From the NCBI GenBank assembly GCA_035627515.1, contig DASPLQ010000012.1:263269-327268 (forward strand): a stretch of 64,000 nt of DNA. The letters run 5' to 3'. This document shows, piece by piece, positions 48,484 through 58,070 of the stretch. The notes beneath the pieces were generated by a model that saw only the letters and a list, made by a program, of their open reading frames with translations, made no database searches and had not been told where the DNA came from. The first letter of the stretch is position 1; each line of letters begins with the position of its first letter. Position numbers and translations under genes: made by a program. Origin of the DNA: Vitreimonas sp. (lineage in GTDB: Bacteria > Patescibacteriota > Microgenomatia > UBA1400 > PJMF01).

Positions 48484-49584
48484 TCAAGTTTTTGCCTGGG
48501 GCAGCAGTTCAAGACTTTCCAGAAACGCATCCTTTTCTTCCGGTGTTAATAAGTCAAGAGCTTGGTCGGGTATAAAGTAAAATCTCCCGCCATCAAATAG
48601 TACGTGGCCAGTTTCATTTTTTTCACGAAAGTGGCAGGAGGAATGGACAATGAAGTGCCCCGCTTTATTGATTCGCTGCGGAAAAATGAGTTCACACCGA
48701 GTATTACCATCCTGAATATAGTGTGTGGAGACTTTTTCATCATACTTAAGATGACGGACTGCATCCTTAGAAAATGGTGTCATTACCACTTTTTCTACCG
48801 CTGTTTTTCCCTCCCCGACTTTCAGAATAACACCCATGGCAGTCGCGCGGACTGAAGTTGTTTGATTGCCCACCTGTAGTGGATATTGAAAAGCTAACCC
48901 CAACTCATCCGATCTAAAACTTGGCCACTGGCTGGGAATCACCACAGGCTGTAATTGGTGTTCGAAAACAGACACCCCTTCTACAAAAACCTTTAACAGG
49001 CCGGCTTCTTTTTGCCAACTGACTTTTTTGCCATTGAGAAAAACGTCGAAAGCAATTGGGCGAAAAACACAGTTTTGCCTTCTCGCAGTACAGATCGCTA
49101 AGTATAAAAACTCTTGATAGACGTCTGCCCCCGAAGATAAAGATTCTTCTTTAAATAAGTGATAGGTGTGATTTTCTTCTGTGAAAGTGTCCAAATGTTT
49201 AAGCTCAGTCCCATCGCTTATCCCAACGCCTAAAACTGCAATAAAAGCCAAAAAAGTGACACCTATCAAAGCTAGTGTCCATATTTTTTTCCAACCCCGA
49301 GCCAAAAAGAACCAAACAACAGTAATAAAAGCATAAAAATAAAAAACATACACCGGATGAAAGGGCATGGATTCATGCCGGGTATAGGTACTCAGCAACT
49401 GCTGATAACTATCAGTGGTACCAATAAAATATCCTCCAAATGTATCGGGAGGAGTAAAGTACTCCACGTTGAAACGAACCACAATAAACCAGACTAGGAA
49501 CGCCGCTAACAAACCCAAAGCAAGTTTATGGGTAAACCACTCCCGTACTGGCCATTTTTGAAGCATAAAGTGATTTCCTACCAT
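48484..49584 (-). CDS. Hypothetical membrane protein
   Basis: Three N-terminal TMs and a soluble domain with 'FQYP'. Confidence 0.6.
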   Translation of the reverse strand: MVGNHFMLQKWPVREWFTHKLALGLLAAFLVWFIVVRFNVEYFTPPDTFGGYFIGTTDSYQQLLSTYTRHESMPFHPVYVFYFYAFITVVWFFLARGWKKIWTLALIGVTFLAFIAVLGVGISDGTELKHLDTFTEENHTYHLFKEESLSSGADVYQEFLYLAICTARRQNCVFRPIAFDVFLNGKKVSWQKEAGLLKVFVEGVSVFEHQLQPVVIPSQWPSFRSDELGLAFQYPLQVGNQTTSVRATAMGVILKVGEGKTAVEKVVMTPFSKDAVRHLKYDEKVSTHYIQDGNTRCELIFPQRINKAGHFIVHSSCHFREKNETGHVLFDGGRFYFIPDQALDLLTPEEKDAFLESLELLPQAKT

Positions 49585-49988
49585 CCTTCACTACCGGATT
49601 CTTTCCACATTTTATAACCATCCAGTTCCTCTTCCTGAACTGCTTCTGTGCCGGTAATCTTAAATTTCCAGGCTTTAAGTGTTGTCTCTGAGATTGGCAA
49701 ATGACCAATAGTACTTATATCAATTTTTTTGCCATCTTTGGTTTCGGTAAATGTCGGCTCACCGACAGGTTTTATTTGAATACCATAGACTTTTTGCCCG
49801 TTAATTTCATCAATTGCCAGAACTTTGCCTCTGCTTGGTTTATCATCGGAAAACCCTTTTGAAATATGAAGCAACGATCCCACTTCCAACGCGCTAATTT
49901 GGTTTTGTTGTCGGGACAGCCACTGACTTACGATTAAAATCGTAAAAACTATCCCGAAGCCAATTACTGTAGAAAGATGCTTCTGCAT
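49578..49988 (-). CDS. Hypothetical membrane-anchored protein
   Basis: TM; 'IGHLPISE...W', 'GYKMWKE' conserved-looking motifs. Confidence 0.6.
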   Translation of the reverse strand: MQKHLSTVIGFGIVFTILIVSQWLSRQQNQISALEVGSLLHISKGFSDDKPSRGKVLAIDEINGQKVYGIQIKPVGEPTFTETKDGKKIDISTIGHLPISETTLKAWKFKITGTEAVQEEELDGYKMWKESGSEGW

Positions 49989-50053
49989 GAGTCATATTAT
50001 AACTGGAAGTAGGTTTTAAATGCAGAGATTAGTCAAAGATGTAAGAACCTAGA

Positions 50054-50314
50054 TTAGTACTGATCATGCGTTACTAAGTCAAAGAAAATATATACTTCTC
50101 CATCTTTGATAGCTAAAGCTCTGAGATCACCATCAATCCAAATCGCATATTGCTCAGAACGCTGACCTTTGAGTTTATGAAGTCGCAAGCCTAGGTGGTA
50201 AGGATTTTGTTGAAATAATTGAAATTGTTTCTTTAGTTTTTTGCGTAACTGATCATTGTGAAGTACCAACTTTACGACCTTTTTTTGAAAATCTTGAGTA
50301 AAATGAATGATCAT
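50054..50314 (-). CDS. RelE/YafQ-superfamily toxin
   Basis: 'NPYHLGLRLHKLKG', 'DLR', terminal 'THDQY'. Confidence 0.8.
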   Translation of the reverse strand: MIIHFTQDFQKKVVKLVLHNDQLRKKLKKQFQLFQQNPYHLGLRLHKLKGQRSEQYAIWIDGDLRALAIKDGEVYIFFDLVTHDQY

Positions 50315-50571
50315 AGATTGTCAAAAAATTCATCGGTGTCACTAACAGCTGTAGTTTTTCGTGAACGATATTCCTTTAAAGCCTTCATTCCAGACTGCTC
50401 AGTTTTTGCACTCATTTCAAACACTGGCATAGTGCCATCTCTCAGAAAACTTTCGGCCGCTTTGCTAATAATGAAGCGCAAGGTTTTAGGTAACGAGTAA
50501 CCAAATTGGTTACCATACCCTTCGAGAATAGCTGCTTCTTCCTTAGTTAAAGATAATTGAACTTTGTTCAT
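50311..50571 (-). CDS. Cognate antitoxin
   Basis: ATGA overlap with the toxin; acidic C-terminus; TAGTATGA direct repeats at 50571-50603 (operator-like). Confidence 0.7.
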   Translation of the reverse strand: MNKVQLSLTKEEAAILEGYGNQFGYSLPKTLRFIISKAAESFLRDGTMPVFEMSAKTEQSGMKALKEYRSRKTTAVSDTDEFFDNL

Positions 50572-50737
50572 AGTATGATAATTATAGTATGAAAGTAGTA
50601 CGAAATCAATGTTTTTAAACAACTTTTTGGCAAACTCACGGTTTTTTGTCAATTTATAATGAATAATTGTGACTTTCGCAAATAATTCACTATTCTTTTG
50701 CTGGTAGAGGATGTGCGAAGCTATTTACTGCATGAGT

Positions 50738-51052
50738 TTAAGACAATACTGAATCAATATATCTAAGCAGCTCTTCGTTACCCTCAAAGGCAATAAAAGA
50801 AATCATAGGAACCTCTTCAACGGCAACATTTTTAGTTTCTTCAATGATAGACTGTTTATTTTTTTCGACGGTGTAAGTTAGTAAATAGGAGTACTCCTCC
50901 ATTCTATTAATCTTCCCTTTCCACCAAAAAGTAGCAGGACCTTGAAGTAAAGTGCCACCAATTATTAACTTTTTATTCAAGAGTGCATTAAGAATACTAC
51001 TTGCTTGGGCTTTGTTTTCAGCACTGATCAAGACTTGGTAATACTTGCTCAT
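50738..51052 (-). CDS. CutA-like divalent cation tolerance protein
   Basis: 'LLNKKLI', 'FWWKGKI...E', 'EVPMI', 'GNEELL.YI'. Confidence 0.75.
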   Translation of the reverse strand: MSKYYQVLISAENKAQASSILNALLNKKLIIGGTLLQGPATFWWKGKINRMEEYSYLLTYTVEKNKQSIIEETKNVAVEEVPMISFIAFEGNEELLRYIDSVLS

Positions 51053-51177
51053 ACGAGTGAGTATAACAAATTAATGCTTTGCAGAGTCTCATGAAAGATG
51101 TGGGAATTTGTTTTACTTAAGGTCGCCGAACGCTGTGTGAAAACCTGAGTATGTTTTCAGTAATCAAGATAGATTCT

Positions 51178-52419
51178 CTAGGGATTTTTTCGTTTTTTTT
51201 TGCCACTTAAGCTGGTGATCGCTCGTGCCCGTGCTTGTATTTTTTCGGAAGGTAGAAGTGGCCTCACCCATCGCAAAAGAGTATTTTCTGACACCCCTAA
51301 TTCCTTGGCCAACTGTTGATTAGTGCGCAACTCTTCCGCAGCTAACTTGCCGCCTAAATAGCGATCAATTTCTGCTTCAAGATCGGCGGCGGCCGCTTCG
51401 GCTTCTTTGCGAGTAAACACTCTAGAGCTAGCCATGATTAAACTTTCTCGTTTTTCTCTGATCTCGTCAGGCAAATGATCTAAATGTGCGTCAAGCTGAG
51501 CTTCGGTTAGTGAAAACATGATTTGGAGTTCATCATTCAAGGTCATATGAGTAATTGAGCCCTGTTCAAACTCTCCCAGCTCATAAAGAATAAAATCATG
51601 CAAAGTGGCACTCAGCTCATTTCTGGCTGCTTTCACTGTGTCACTATAAAGATAGTCCCACCCTTCATACAGCGGAATCTTTAAATACGGCTTAACCATC
51701 GTCAGGACCTTACGCGCAAGTGCAGTAGTAATGTTCCATCTATAGCTAGCTCGTCCCAGAATAGCGGGGTGACCCGCAATTTCGACCTCTGTATCAGCAT
51801 CGGTGAGCTTAGTTAATGTCCCTTTATACTCAGCTTGTAAAGCTTCGAGCAAAGCAATATTAACTGAAGTGACCATAATTGATGGATACGAGAAACCGCT
51901 GACTATGTATGGACGAATAAACTCTCGATTGTCTAGCACCCCTGCCAAAAAAGCGGGCTTCTTCACTAACTCTGCATACTGCGCCGCTGTTAATCCCTCA
52001 TAGCGATCAAAACCTTTAAAATCCAATGCCAACTGAAGCTTATCCTCGTCATTGAGCTCTTTCCAGGTTAACATCGCCTCAAGATAAGTTTTTCTCGATA
52101 CCAACCATGGAGCGGCCTTTTCCATCAAGGCAACAGCATCTTTTTCAGTAATACTCCATCGTCTGTCCTGTCTGCTCACGAAACCTTGATAGTAATCAAC
52201 AAGATTGGTAATGACATTGGTGTCTCGTGACTCAATCTGAATTACAGGCTCTGCTGTATAGTAATCACCCAGCTCTTTAGAGAAAATTTTAGCGAAAAAA
52301 ATGCTGCCGCCGATTTCCAACAAACCAGCCACCCACATAGCTCGAAGTTCCTCAACAGTAAGGGGCGGACTTAATGAGCCATCAGGCTGATGAAGTTCTT
52401 GATCATGTTCAACAGACAT
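51178..52419 (-). CDS. Degenerate double LAGLIDADG protein with C-terminal HTH
   Basis: 'WVAGLLEIGGSI' and 'FLAGVLDNREFI' helices, each followed by ...W.I...PWL/PYL; 'TNQQLAKELGVSENTLLRW'. Confidence 0.65.
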   Translation of the reverse strand: MSVEHDQELHQPDGSLSPPLTVEELRAMWVAGLLEIGGSIFFAKIFSKELGDYYTAEPVIQIESRDTNVITNLVDYYQGFVSRQDRRWSITEKDAVALMEKAAPWLVSRKTYLEAMLTWKELNDEDKLQLALDFKGFDRYEGLTAAQYAELVKKPAFLAGVLDNREFIRPYIVSGFSYPSIMVTSVNIALLEALQAEYKGTLTKLTDADTEVEIAGHPAILGRASYRWNITTALARKVLTMVKPYLKIPLYEGWDYLYSDTVKAARNELSATLHDFILYELGEFEQGSITHMTLNDELQIMFSLTEAQLDAHLDHLPDEIREKRESLIMASSRVFTRKEAEAAAADLEAEIDRYLGGKLAAEELRTNQQLAKELGVSENTLLRWVRPLLPSEKIQARARAITSLSGKKKRKNP

Positions 52420-52434
52420 TCGGGTATTATATAC

Positions 52435-52509
52435 CTACACTTTTTTAACCGTCGCCACAATCGCTAAGTGATCACTGACGCCATCCTGTAACCCCACGTT
52501 TACCAACTG
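52435..52509 (-). pseudogene. Orphan copy of the EEP gene 3' end (QLVNVGLQDGVSDHLAIVATVKKV*)
   Basis: 52454-52493 matches 53391-53430 at 38/40 nt and has its own stop codon. Confidence 0.8.
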
Positions 52510-52526
52510 GGGGTATACTTATTAAT

Positions 52527-53312
52527 ATGTTCGAATTCCAAAGTGCCCCCCCAGATGAACTTCAAATTAAACCTCAGATTGAAAAAGTTACTGAGGATCA
52601 ACTCCTATCAAGGCTAATGGAACTTAGAGGTACTAATGAAGTTATTGTTATCATCGAAGGCGTTCCTACTCCATCAACACTTAAACAGCTAGCTGAGCAG
52701 TTAACATACGAGGTCAGTATTCTGGTAGCCAAAGATCATTCTTCAACCGTCTTTATTCCTCAAGAAGAAAATACAGCTCTCTCCGATACCGATATTAAAA
52801 AATTAGGCTTAGAAAATTATAGTAGCAATGTTCACAACCATCCTGAGGGAGACTGTACGCCCTCTCAGTACGATATGCTTGGGGATATAAGAGACAGCGC
52901 TACCTACTTAGTAATTGCCCGAAATGGTGTTAGTGAAAGAAAATTTTTGCGTGAAGGGTTTACTGACGCCATGTATAACTATGCAGTAAAAACTGAGAAT
53001 ACCCCCTGGCGAGTACCAAATTCTGAGGTTTATTTAGCAGCCTTACGAAATCGAGCTCTCACTATTCTTACTGCTTACTCGGGATTTGCTGAGCTAAGCG
53101 TGGAGGAAAAAGAAAGAGAAATTGGCATATTAGTTGGCGGGGATGATGCTCAAGGATTTCTAGACCATTTCTCCAAGATAGGCAAGGCTGGTTGGGGTCC
53201 TTTAGTCCGCGCTATTGCAGAAAATTCGGCGACACCCATCATAAAGTTCTTTCCTTGGGAAGATGAAGCTACCATTGAGCAGTTGCTGAGGGGGAAAACT
53301 CAACTTGCTTAG
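52527..53312 (+). CDS. JAB/MPN-motif metalloprotein, hypothetical
   Basis: 'YEV...HNHPEGDCTPSQYD' fits E..HxH..S..D. Confidence 0.6.
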   Translation: MFEFQSAPPDELQIKPQIEKVTEDQLLSRLMELRGTNEVIVIIEGVPTPSTLKQLAEQLTYEVSILVAKDHSSTVFIPQEENTALSDTDIKKLGLENYSSNVHNHPEGDCTPSQYDMLGDIRDSATYLVIARNGVSERKFLREGFTDAMYNYAVKTENTPWRVPNSEVYLAALRNRALTILTAYSGFAELSVEEKEREIGILVGGDDAQGFLDHFSKIGKAGWGPLVRAIAENSATPIIKFFPWEDEATIEQLLRGKTQLA

Positions 53313-53368
53313 TTGTAATAAATCTACGAATACTTTATCGGAGCTTCATACAAAAGAGACTGATGGAA

Positions 53369-54106
53369 CTACTTCACCCGCTCAACTTGAGCCACAATCG
53401 CCAAGTGATCACTGACGCCATCCTGCAACCTGACCTGTGATATCTGATATTCTGGCGTGCTAAACATGCCATCGACCATAAAGGGCAACGGCCCAGAGCG
53501 ATGAATAACCGGATCGAGCGAAAAAGTATACTCGAGCGGAATATTATCTTTGTACCGCGCCGCTAGCTGGTCAAAAACTTCTTTGCCACGGGGGGCATTG
53601 AAGTCGCCACACATCACCAATTCTGGAAACTGCTCCAACGTTTTGAACAAGAGTTCTAAATGCTGCAGTTGCACTGATGAGGTTTGGCCTTTTTCGGAAA
53701 CCACAAAGTGAAGTGTGGCAATGGTGTAGTCTTGGCCATTTACCTGATAAGTACTGGCAGCTACTGCCCGCCACGTTCCCCCATCACTGTGATGATCATG
53801 AAGCGGCACCGTTTCTCCCGACTTCACATAATAATGAACTGTTTGCTCTTTGGCGGGCAGCCGGCTTAACTGCAGCAACCCCCATGGACCACGTCCAGTT
53901 CCAAAAAAGTATTCATCAGGTTCAGGAACATCCTTTAGCGGTACAAACTGCCCCTCCATACCTAAAGCTGTTTTAAAAGTAGCCACATCTTCTTCAAAAA
54001 CCTCCATCATACAGACTACATCAGGTTGCTCCTGCTGCAAAAAAGGAATAATCTTATCTAGATGTTTATGGCCTTCAATATTGAGGGAGATAAGCTTCAG
54101 TGACAC
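53369..54106 (-). CDS. Endonuclease/exonuclease/phosphatase (EEP) family protein
   Basis: 'SLNI', 'MEV', 'GDFN', 'SDH'. Confidence 0.9.
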   Translation of the reverse strand: MSLKLISLNIEGHKHLDKIIPFLQQEQPDVVCMMEVFEEDVATFKTALGMEGQFVPLKDVPEPDEYFFGTGRGPWGLLQLSRLPAKEQTVHYYVKSGETVPLHDHHSDGGTWRAVAASTYQVNGQDYTIATLHFVVSEKGQTSSVQLQHLELLFKTLEQFPELVMCGDFNAPRGKEVFDQLAARYKDNIPLEYTFSLDPVIHRSGPLPFMVDGMFSTPEYQISQVRLQDGVSDHLAIVAQVERVK

Positions 54107-54108
54107 AG

Positions 54109-55134
54109 TTACCTTTCATATCCTAAACTTTCTTTAAATAGTTCTAAATTTTCCAAAGCCTGGCCAATACCTTTGATCACAGTTTGGCCCGGATCATCGA
54201 CAGCAAAGACAGGTACTCCCAAGGCAGCGACCAACTGGCGCTCCAAACCTTTAAACTGGCCTGCTCCACCTGACAAAAGAATCCCTTTGTCGATCACATC
54301 GACTGTTAGTTCCGGTGGGATGGTCGAGAGTAATTTTTTGAGTAAAATTTGGTACTTCTCTAAAACGGGAGTTAACATTGGGTTAACTTTAGCCGCTGCC
54401 ACGGAAACTTCTTTGGGCGAGCTGGTGAGTAAATCCTGCCCAGTGACTAAGATCTCAGTCGTGGCTGACGTATCAAAATTACCGAGCTCTTTTTTTATTT
54501 TTTCTGCCATCGCTTCACTAATCACTAGACCATACTCATCGCGCACGGCTTGTTTAAACAAACCATCTATGTAGATCCCCGCTTGAGTATGAGTTTGATG
54601 GGCGACCACTGATCCTAGTGAAATAATGGCCGCTTCCACTACCCCAGCCCCCACTTGCACGATGAAACTACCTGAGGCATCAGCAATCGGTACACCGGAG
54701 CCAATCGCTGCCGCCAGCGGCTGAGCAATCGTGTATGCTTCCCGCGCTCCCAAACCTGACATGACTTGCGTCACAGCCTGTCTATGCGCCAAACTTGAGC
54801 CAACTGGCACACTGGACATCATGATAGGTCGGAAAAAATAGGGAGTTTGGAACACTTTTTGTAAAAAGACTTTCAACATCGCTTGAGCGACTTCAATATC
54901 AAAAATTTCACCTTTGCGAATGGGGTAATAAATCACAATCCCCGGCCCCACCCGGCCAACCATGGCCAAAGCTTCTTCACCTACGGCCAAGACTTTTTTG
55001 GACCGCTCGTCCACCGCCACGCAGCTGGGTTCTGAAAGAGCAATCCCAGCTTGATCAGTCCAAATCCGAGTATAACTAGTACCTAAATCAATGCCCACTC
55101 GGCGAATAAAGCGATTTAAAAAACTCAATTCCAT
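54109..55134 (-). CDS. mreB: Rod shape-determining protein MreB (divergent)
   Basis: 'GIDLGT', 'EPS', 'AAAIG.G.PI', 'PPEL..D...GI.L.GG'. Confidence 0.85.
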   Translation of the reverse strand: MELSFLNRFIRRVGIDLGTSYTRIWTDQAGIALSEPSCVAVDERSKKVLAVGEEALAMVGRVGPGIVIYYPIRKGEIFDIEVAQAMLKVFLQKVFQTPYFFRPIMMSSVPVGSSLAHRQAVTQVMSGLGAREAYTIAQPLAAAIGSGVPIADASGSFIVQVGAGVVEAAIISLGSVVAHQTHTQAGIYIDGLFKQAVRDEYGLVISEAMAEKIKKELGNFDTSATTEILVTGQDLLTSSPKEVSVAAAKVNPMLTPVLEKYQILLKKLLSTIPPELTVDVIDKGILLSGGAGQFKGLERQLVAALGVPVFAVDDPGQTVIKGIGQALENLELFKESLGYER

Positions 55135-55162
55135 ATGTTTGTAGTTTTGTTATAATAACCTA

Positions 55163-56506
55163 ATGCTTCCCCAGATAAACCCCCGCGTTCTCTATACATT
55201 CCTCTCAGCTGCCATTATCTTAACCGGCACCTTGATTGCGATTCAATACGCGAAGGGTCACTACCGCGTCACCGAAGAGGGCTTCTTGCGAGGCACCGGG
55301 CTATTGAGCGCTAACTCTTTCCCCACTGCAGCTCAAGTTTTTATTGATGACAAGTTGATTACGGCCACTGATGACACGATTTATTTAGATCCTGGCACGT
55401 ACCAAATTAAAATTCTTAAAGATGGCTATTCACCCTGGCAAAAACAAATTCAAATTGAAAAAGAACTTGTCACCCAGACTAATGCCCAACTCTATCCTAT
55501 TGCCCCCTCTTTGTCACCCTTGACCTTTACCGGCGTAGAAAATATTTCACTCTCGCCTGATGGTCAGAAACTGTTGTACTACACGGCTTCCAGCTCCGCC
55601 GATACTAAAAATGGCCTCTATATTTTAGAACTCAGCACCAGTCCTCTTACTCTCCAGCGCGGCTCACGGCAACTGACAGAACTCGCCAGCGGTTTCGATC
55701 TAGCAAACGCCGAAGTGATTTGGTCACCTGATAGTAACGAAATTTTGCTTTCTAGTGGCACCCGCCAAGTGTTATTGGAAGTAGATCAAAAAAATGACTT
55801 GGGTAACTTGCCAGATGTGGGTTTCAAACGCCGCCAAGTTCTCAGTGAGTGGGAAGAGGAAATGTACTTGCGGGAACGTGAGTTTTTAGCTCAATTTCCT
55901 GATGAAGTAATTCATATTGCCACCACCGCTGCCAAAAATGTGTATTTTTCACCCGACAAGAAAAAACTAATTTACACTGCCACTAGTTCAGCATCGTTAC
56001 CAGAAGGTTTGACTCCACCTATTCCCGCTACCAATTCCCAACCCGAGATACGCGCCCTCACCCCCGGCGGTATTTATGTCTATGATCGTGAAGAAGATAA
56101 AAATTTCCAGATTGGAGCTGAAACCAATTCTCAAGAATATAACGATAAAAAACTGTTGGCCACAGATTTATTTGCCCGCTCACCCCGGACTTTGGAAGCC
56201 TCGCCCACTGCTTTCCGTACGCTGCAAGCCACACTCTCAGCCCAAACCGCTCTCAATTTCAATGTCTACCACACTTCCTTATATGCCCGGACCTTACAGT
56301 GGTTAGCTGATTCACGCCATTTGATTTATATCGATAACGGTATTATTAAAGTCATGGAGTATGATGGCAGCAATATTACCACCATCTACTCCGGCCCTTT
56401 TGGTAATAACTTCATGTATCCCTGGCCTGATGGCAGTAAGCTGGTGATTTTGACTAGCTTCAGCCCGCAGTCGCCACCTAATTTATACGCCATTGAGCTC
56501 GAGTAA
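55163..56506 (+). CDS. PEGA-domain plus TolB-like propeller membrane protein
   Basis: 'S.P..AQVFIDD..PG.Y.I.I.KDGY..W.K'; 'SPDG', 'WSPD' repeats. Confidence 0.8.
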   Translation: MLPQINPRVLYTFLSAAIILTGTLIAIQYAKGHYRVTEEGFLRGTGLLSANSFPTAAQVFIDDKLITATDDTIYLDPGTYQIKILKDGYSPWQKQIQIEKELVTQTNAQLYPIAPSLSPLTFTGVENISLSPDGQKLLYYTASSSADTKNGLYILELSTSPLTLQRGSRQLTELASGFDLANAEVIWSPDSNEILLSSGTRQVLLEVDQKNDLGNLPDVGFKRRQVLSEWEEEMYLREREFLAQFPDEVIHIATTAAKNVYFSPDKKKLIYTATSSASLPEGLTPPIPATNSQPEIRALTPGGIYVYDREEDKNFQIGAETNSQEYNDKKLLATDLFARSPRTLEASPTAFRTLQATLSAQTALNFNVYHTSLYARTLQWLADSRHLIYIDNGIIKVMEYDGSNITTIYSGPFGNNFMYPWPDGSKLVILTSFSPQSPPNLYAIELE

Positions 56507-56579
56507 TTTGCTCTCATTTGGCGCTGCCGGCTCATCAAGTGATGCAGTATAATTTGGCCTGTTCTCAATAAAATAAGTA

Positions 56580-56653
56580 CGGAGGTTAGCTCAGATGGCT
56601 AGAGCGCGCCGTTCGGGACGGCGAGGCCGCTGGTTCGAGTCCAGTACCTCCGA
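56580..56653 (+). tRNA. tRNA-Pro(CGG)
   Basis: CGGAGGT/ACCTCCG, CGCCG-TTCGGGA-CGGCG. Confidence 0.95.
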
Positions 56654-56671
56654 CAGTAAAAAAATAAACAT

Positions 56672-58045
56672 TTACTTTGAGGGTTTTTTTGTTTCCTCGT
56701 ATCGAGCTCTAGCTCTTTCGAATACCTCATTATCAAAAGTTTCATAACCTGCATTATTCTGATGTTCCCAGCTATAAAGCGCACCTACCTCTTCCAAGCC
56801 TAAAGTATTAATCAATCCTACCCAGTACTCTTCGGTGATTGTAGTTAAACCTGATTCATATTTACCAATCATTAATGGTTTTAATATCGGAAACATTTTG
56901 AATATTCGCTTTAAGATGACTATTTTATTGTCATAGGTGTCAAATTTTCTCTCCACTGAAGTATGGAGCCCTTTAGTAATACTTTTTTGCTTCAGAGTTT
57001 CTCTGAAAAGATCAATCACAGCTGGAATAAGCAACGGATAACCCAAAGGTTGAACAAATTGAAGTATTAGCTGTTCAATCGCACTGCCGTATTTAAGTCT
57101 TGAAAACCATTCTTCTTTATATAAATACCAAATTCTATAGACCAACGTTAATGTTTCTATTGCTCGCCGAGCTTTATAGTCTGTGATAGTTTCGTCCAAT
57201 CCTTCACCGATAAAAGAACCTATGCGCACTCCAGGAAAATCCCTGTGCTGTTTTTCATGCGCAGTACTTTGGAGAGAAGTATCTTTATAAACAACAATTA
57301 CTCCCCTCTTATAAAAAATAATTGCTCCATCAAAATCCCTTTCCTCATCAGGAACTTTCAATAGCTCATACATCGAGCTCAACCTCTGAATATACTGCTC
57401 AGTTGTAAAAGGAAACTTAACAATATTATCCTGAGAAGGTTTACTAACTAAATAATCAAACGCCTGGAGGATAAAATTATCCTGCTCGTAACTAGACATG
57501 CTCAAAATAATCTCATCAAATGGGCGTGATGTAATCAGCTGCGCTTTAGTGCGAGTAGGTAAAAGAGATCGCAACTGTGGGTCTTGGTCCCACAATAACC
57601 AACACCAACTAAAAACTCTAGACTTAAATCGCAACCTACTATGTTGTTGTTGCTTTTCGTTCACTTCCCTTAATGAGGCCGAATCTATATCTGTCTCAAT
57701 ATCAAACAGTTGGGCAACTAACTTAGCCACACTCTTCTTTACTTCATCCCTAGAAATAATTCCTTTGTTTAATCGCTCAATAAATAAAGAGAAAATAGTT
57801 ATAAAACTCAAAATAACATCAATATCAACGTTTACACTAAAATCAAGCTCAAAACCAAGGTGGTCAAATTTCAACTCGGTCAGAATATCTTTAACTTGAG
57901 GTAACAAAGCTGTTAATTTATCATCTTGTTCTTTGGAAATTCCTTTTTTTCTCAGCAATTCTTGTGCTTTACCAATTAATGAATACAGGTTGCCAGCTTC
58001 TATTCGTTTTGTTTCAACTAAACTAATTTCTTCACTCATAATCAT
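56672..58045 (-). CDS. AT-rich hypothetical protein with zincin-like HExxH...E motif
   Basis: 'AHEKQH...GEGLDETIT'. Confidence 0.55.
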   Translation of the reverse strand: MIMSEEISLVETKRIEAGNLYSLIGKAQELLRKKGISKEQDDKLTALLPQVKDILTELKFDHLGFELDFSVNVDIDVILSFITIFSLFIERLNKGIISRDEVKKSVAKLVAQLFDIETDIDSASLREVNEKQQQHSRLRFKSRVFSWCWLLWDQDPQLRSLLPTRTKAQLITSRPFDEIILSMSSYEQDNFILQAFDYLVSKPSQDNIVKFPFTTEQYIQRLSSMYELLKVPDEERDFDGAIIFYKRGVIVVYKDTSLQSTAHEKQHRDFPGVRIGSFIGEGLDETITDYKARRAIETLTLVYRIWYLYKEEWFSRLKYGSAIEQLILQFVQPLGYPLLIPAVIDLFRETLKQKSITKGLHTSVERKFDTYDNKIVILKRIFKMFPILKPLMIGKYESGLTTITEEYWVGLINTLGLEEVGALYSWEHQNNAGYETFDNEVFERARARYEETKKPSK

Positions 58046-58070
58046 ATATAAATAATGTTAGCATTAACTC

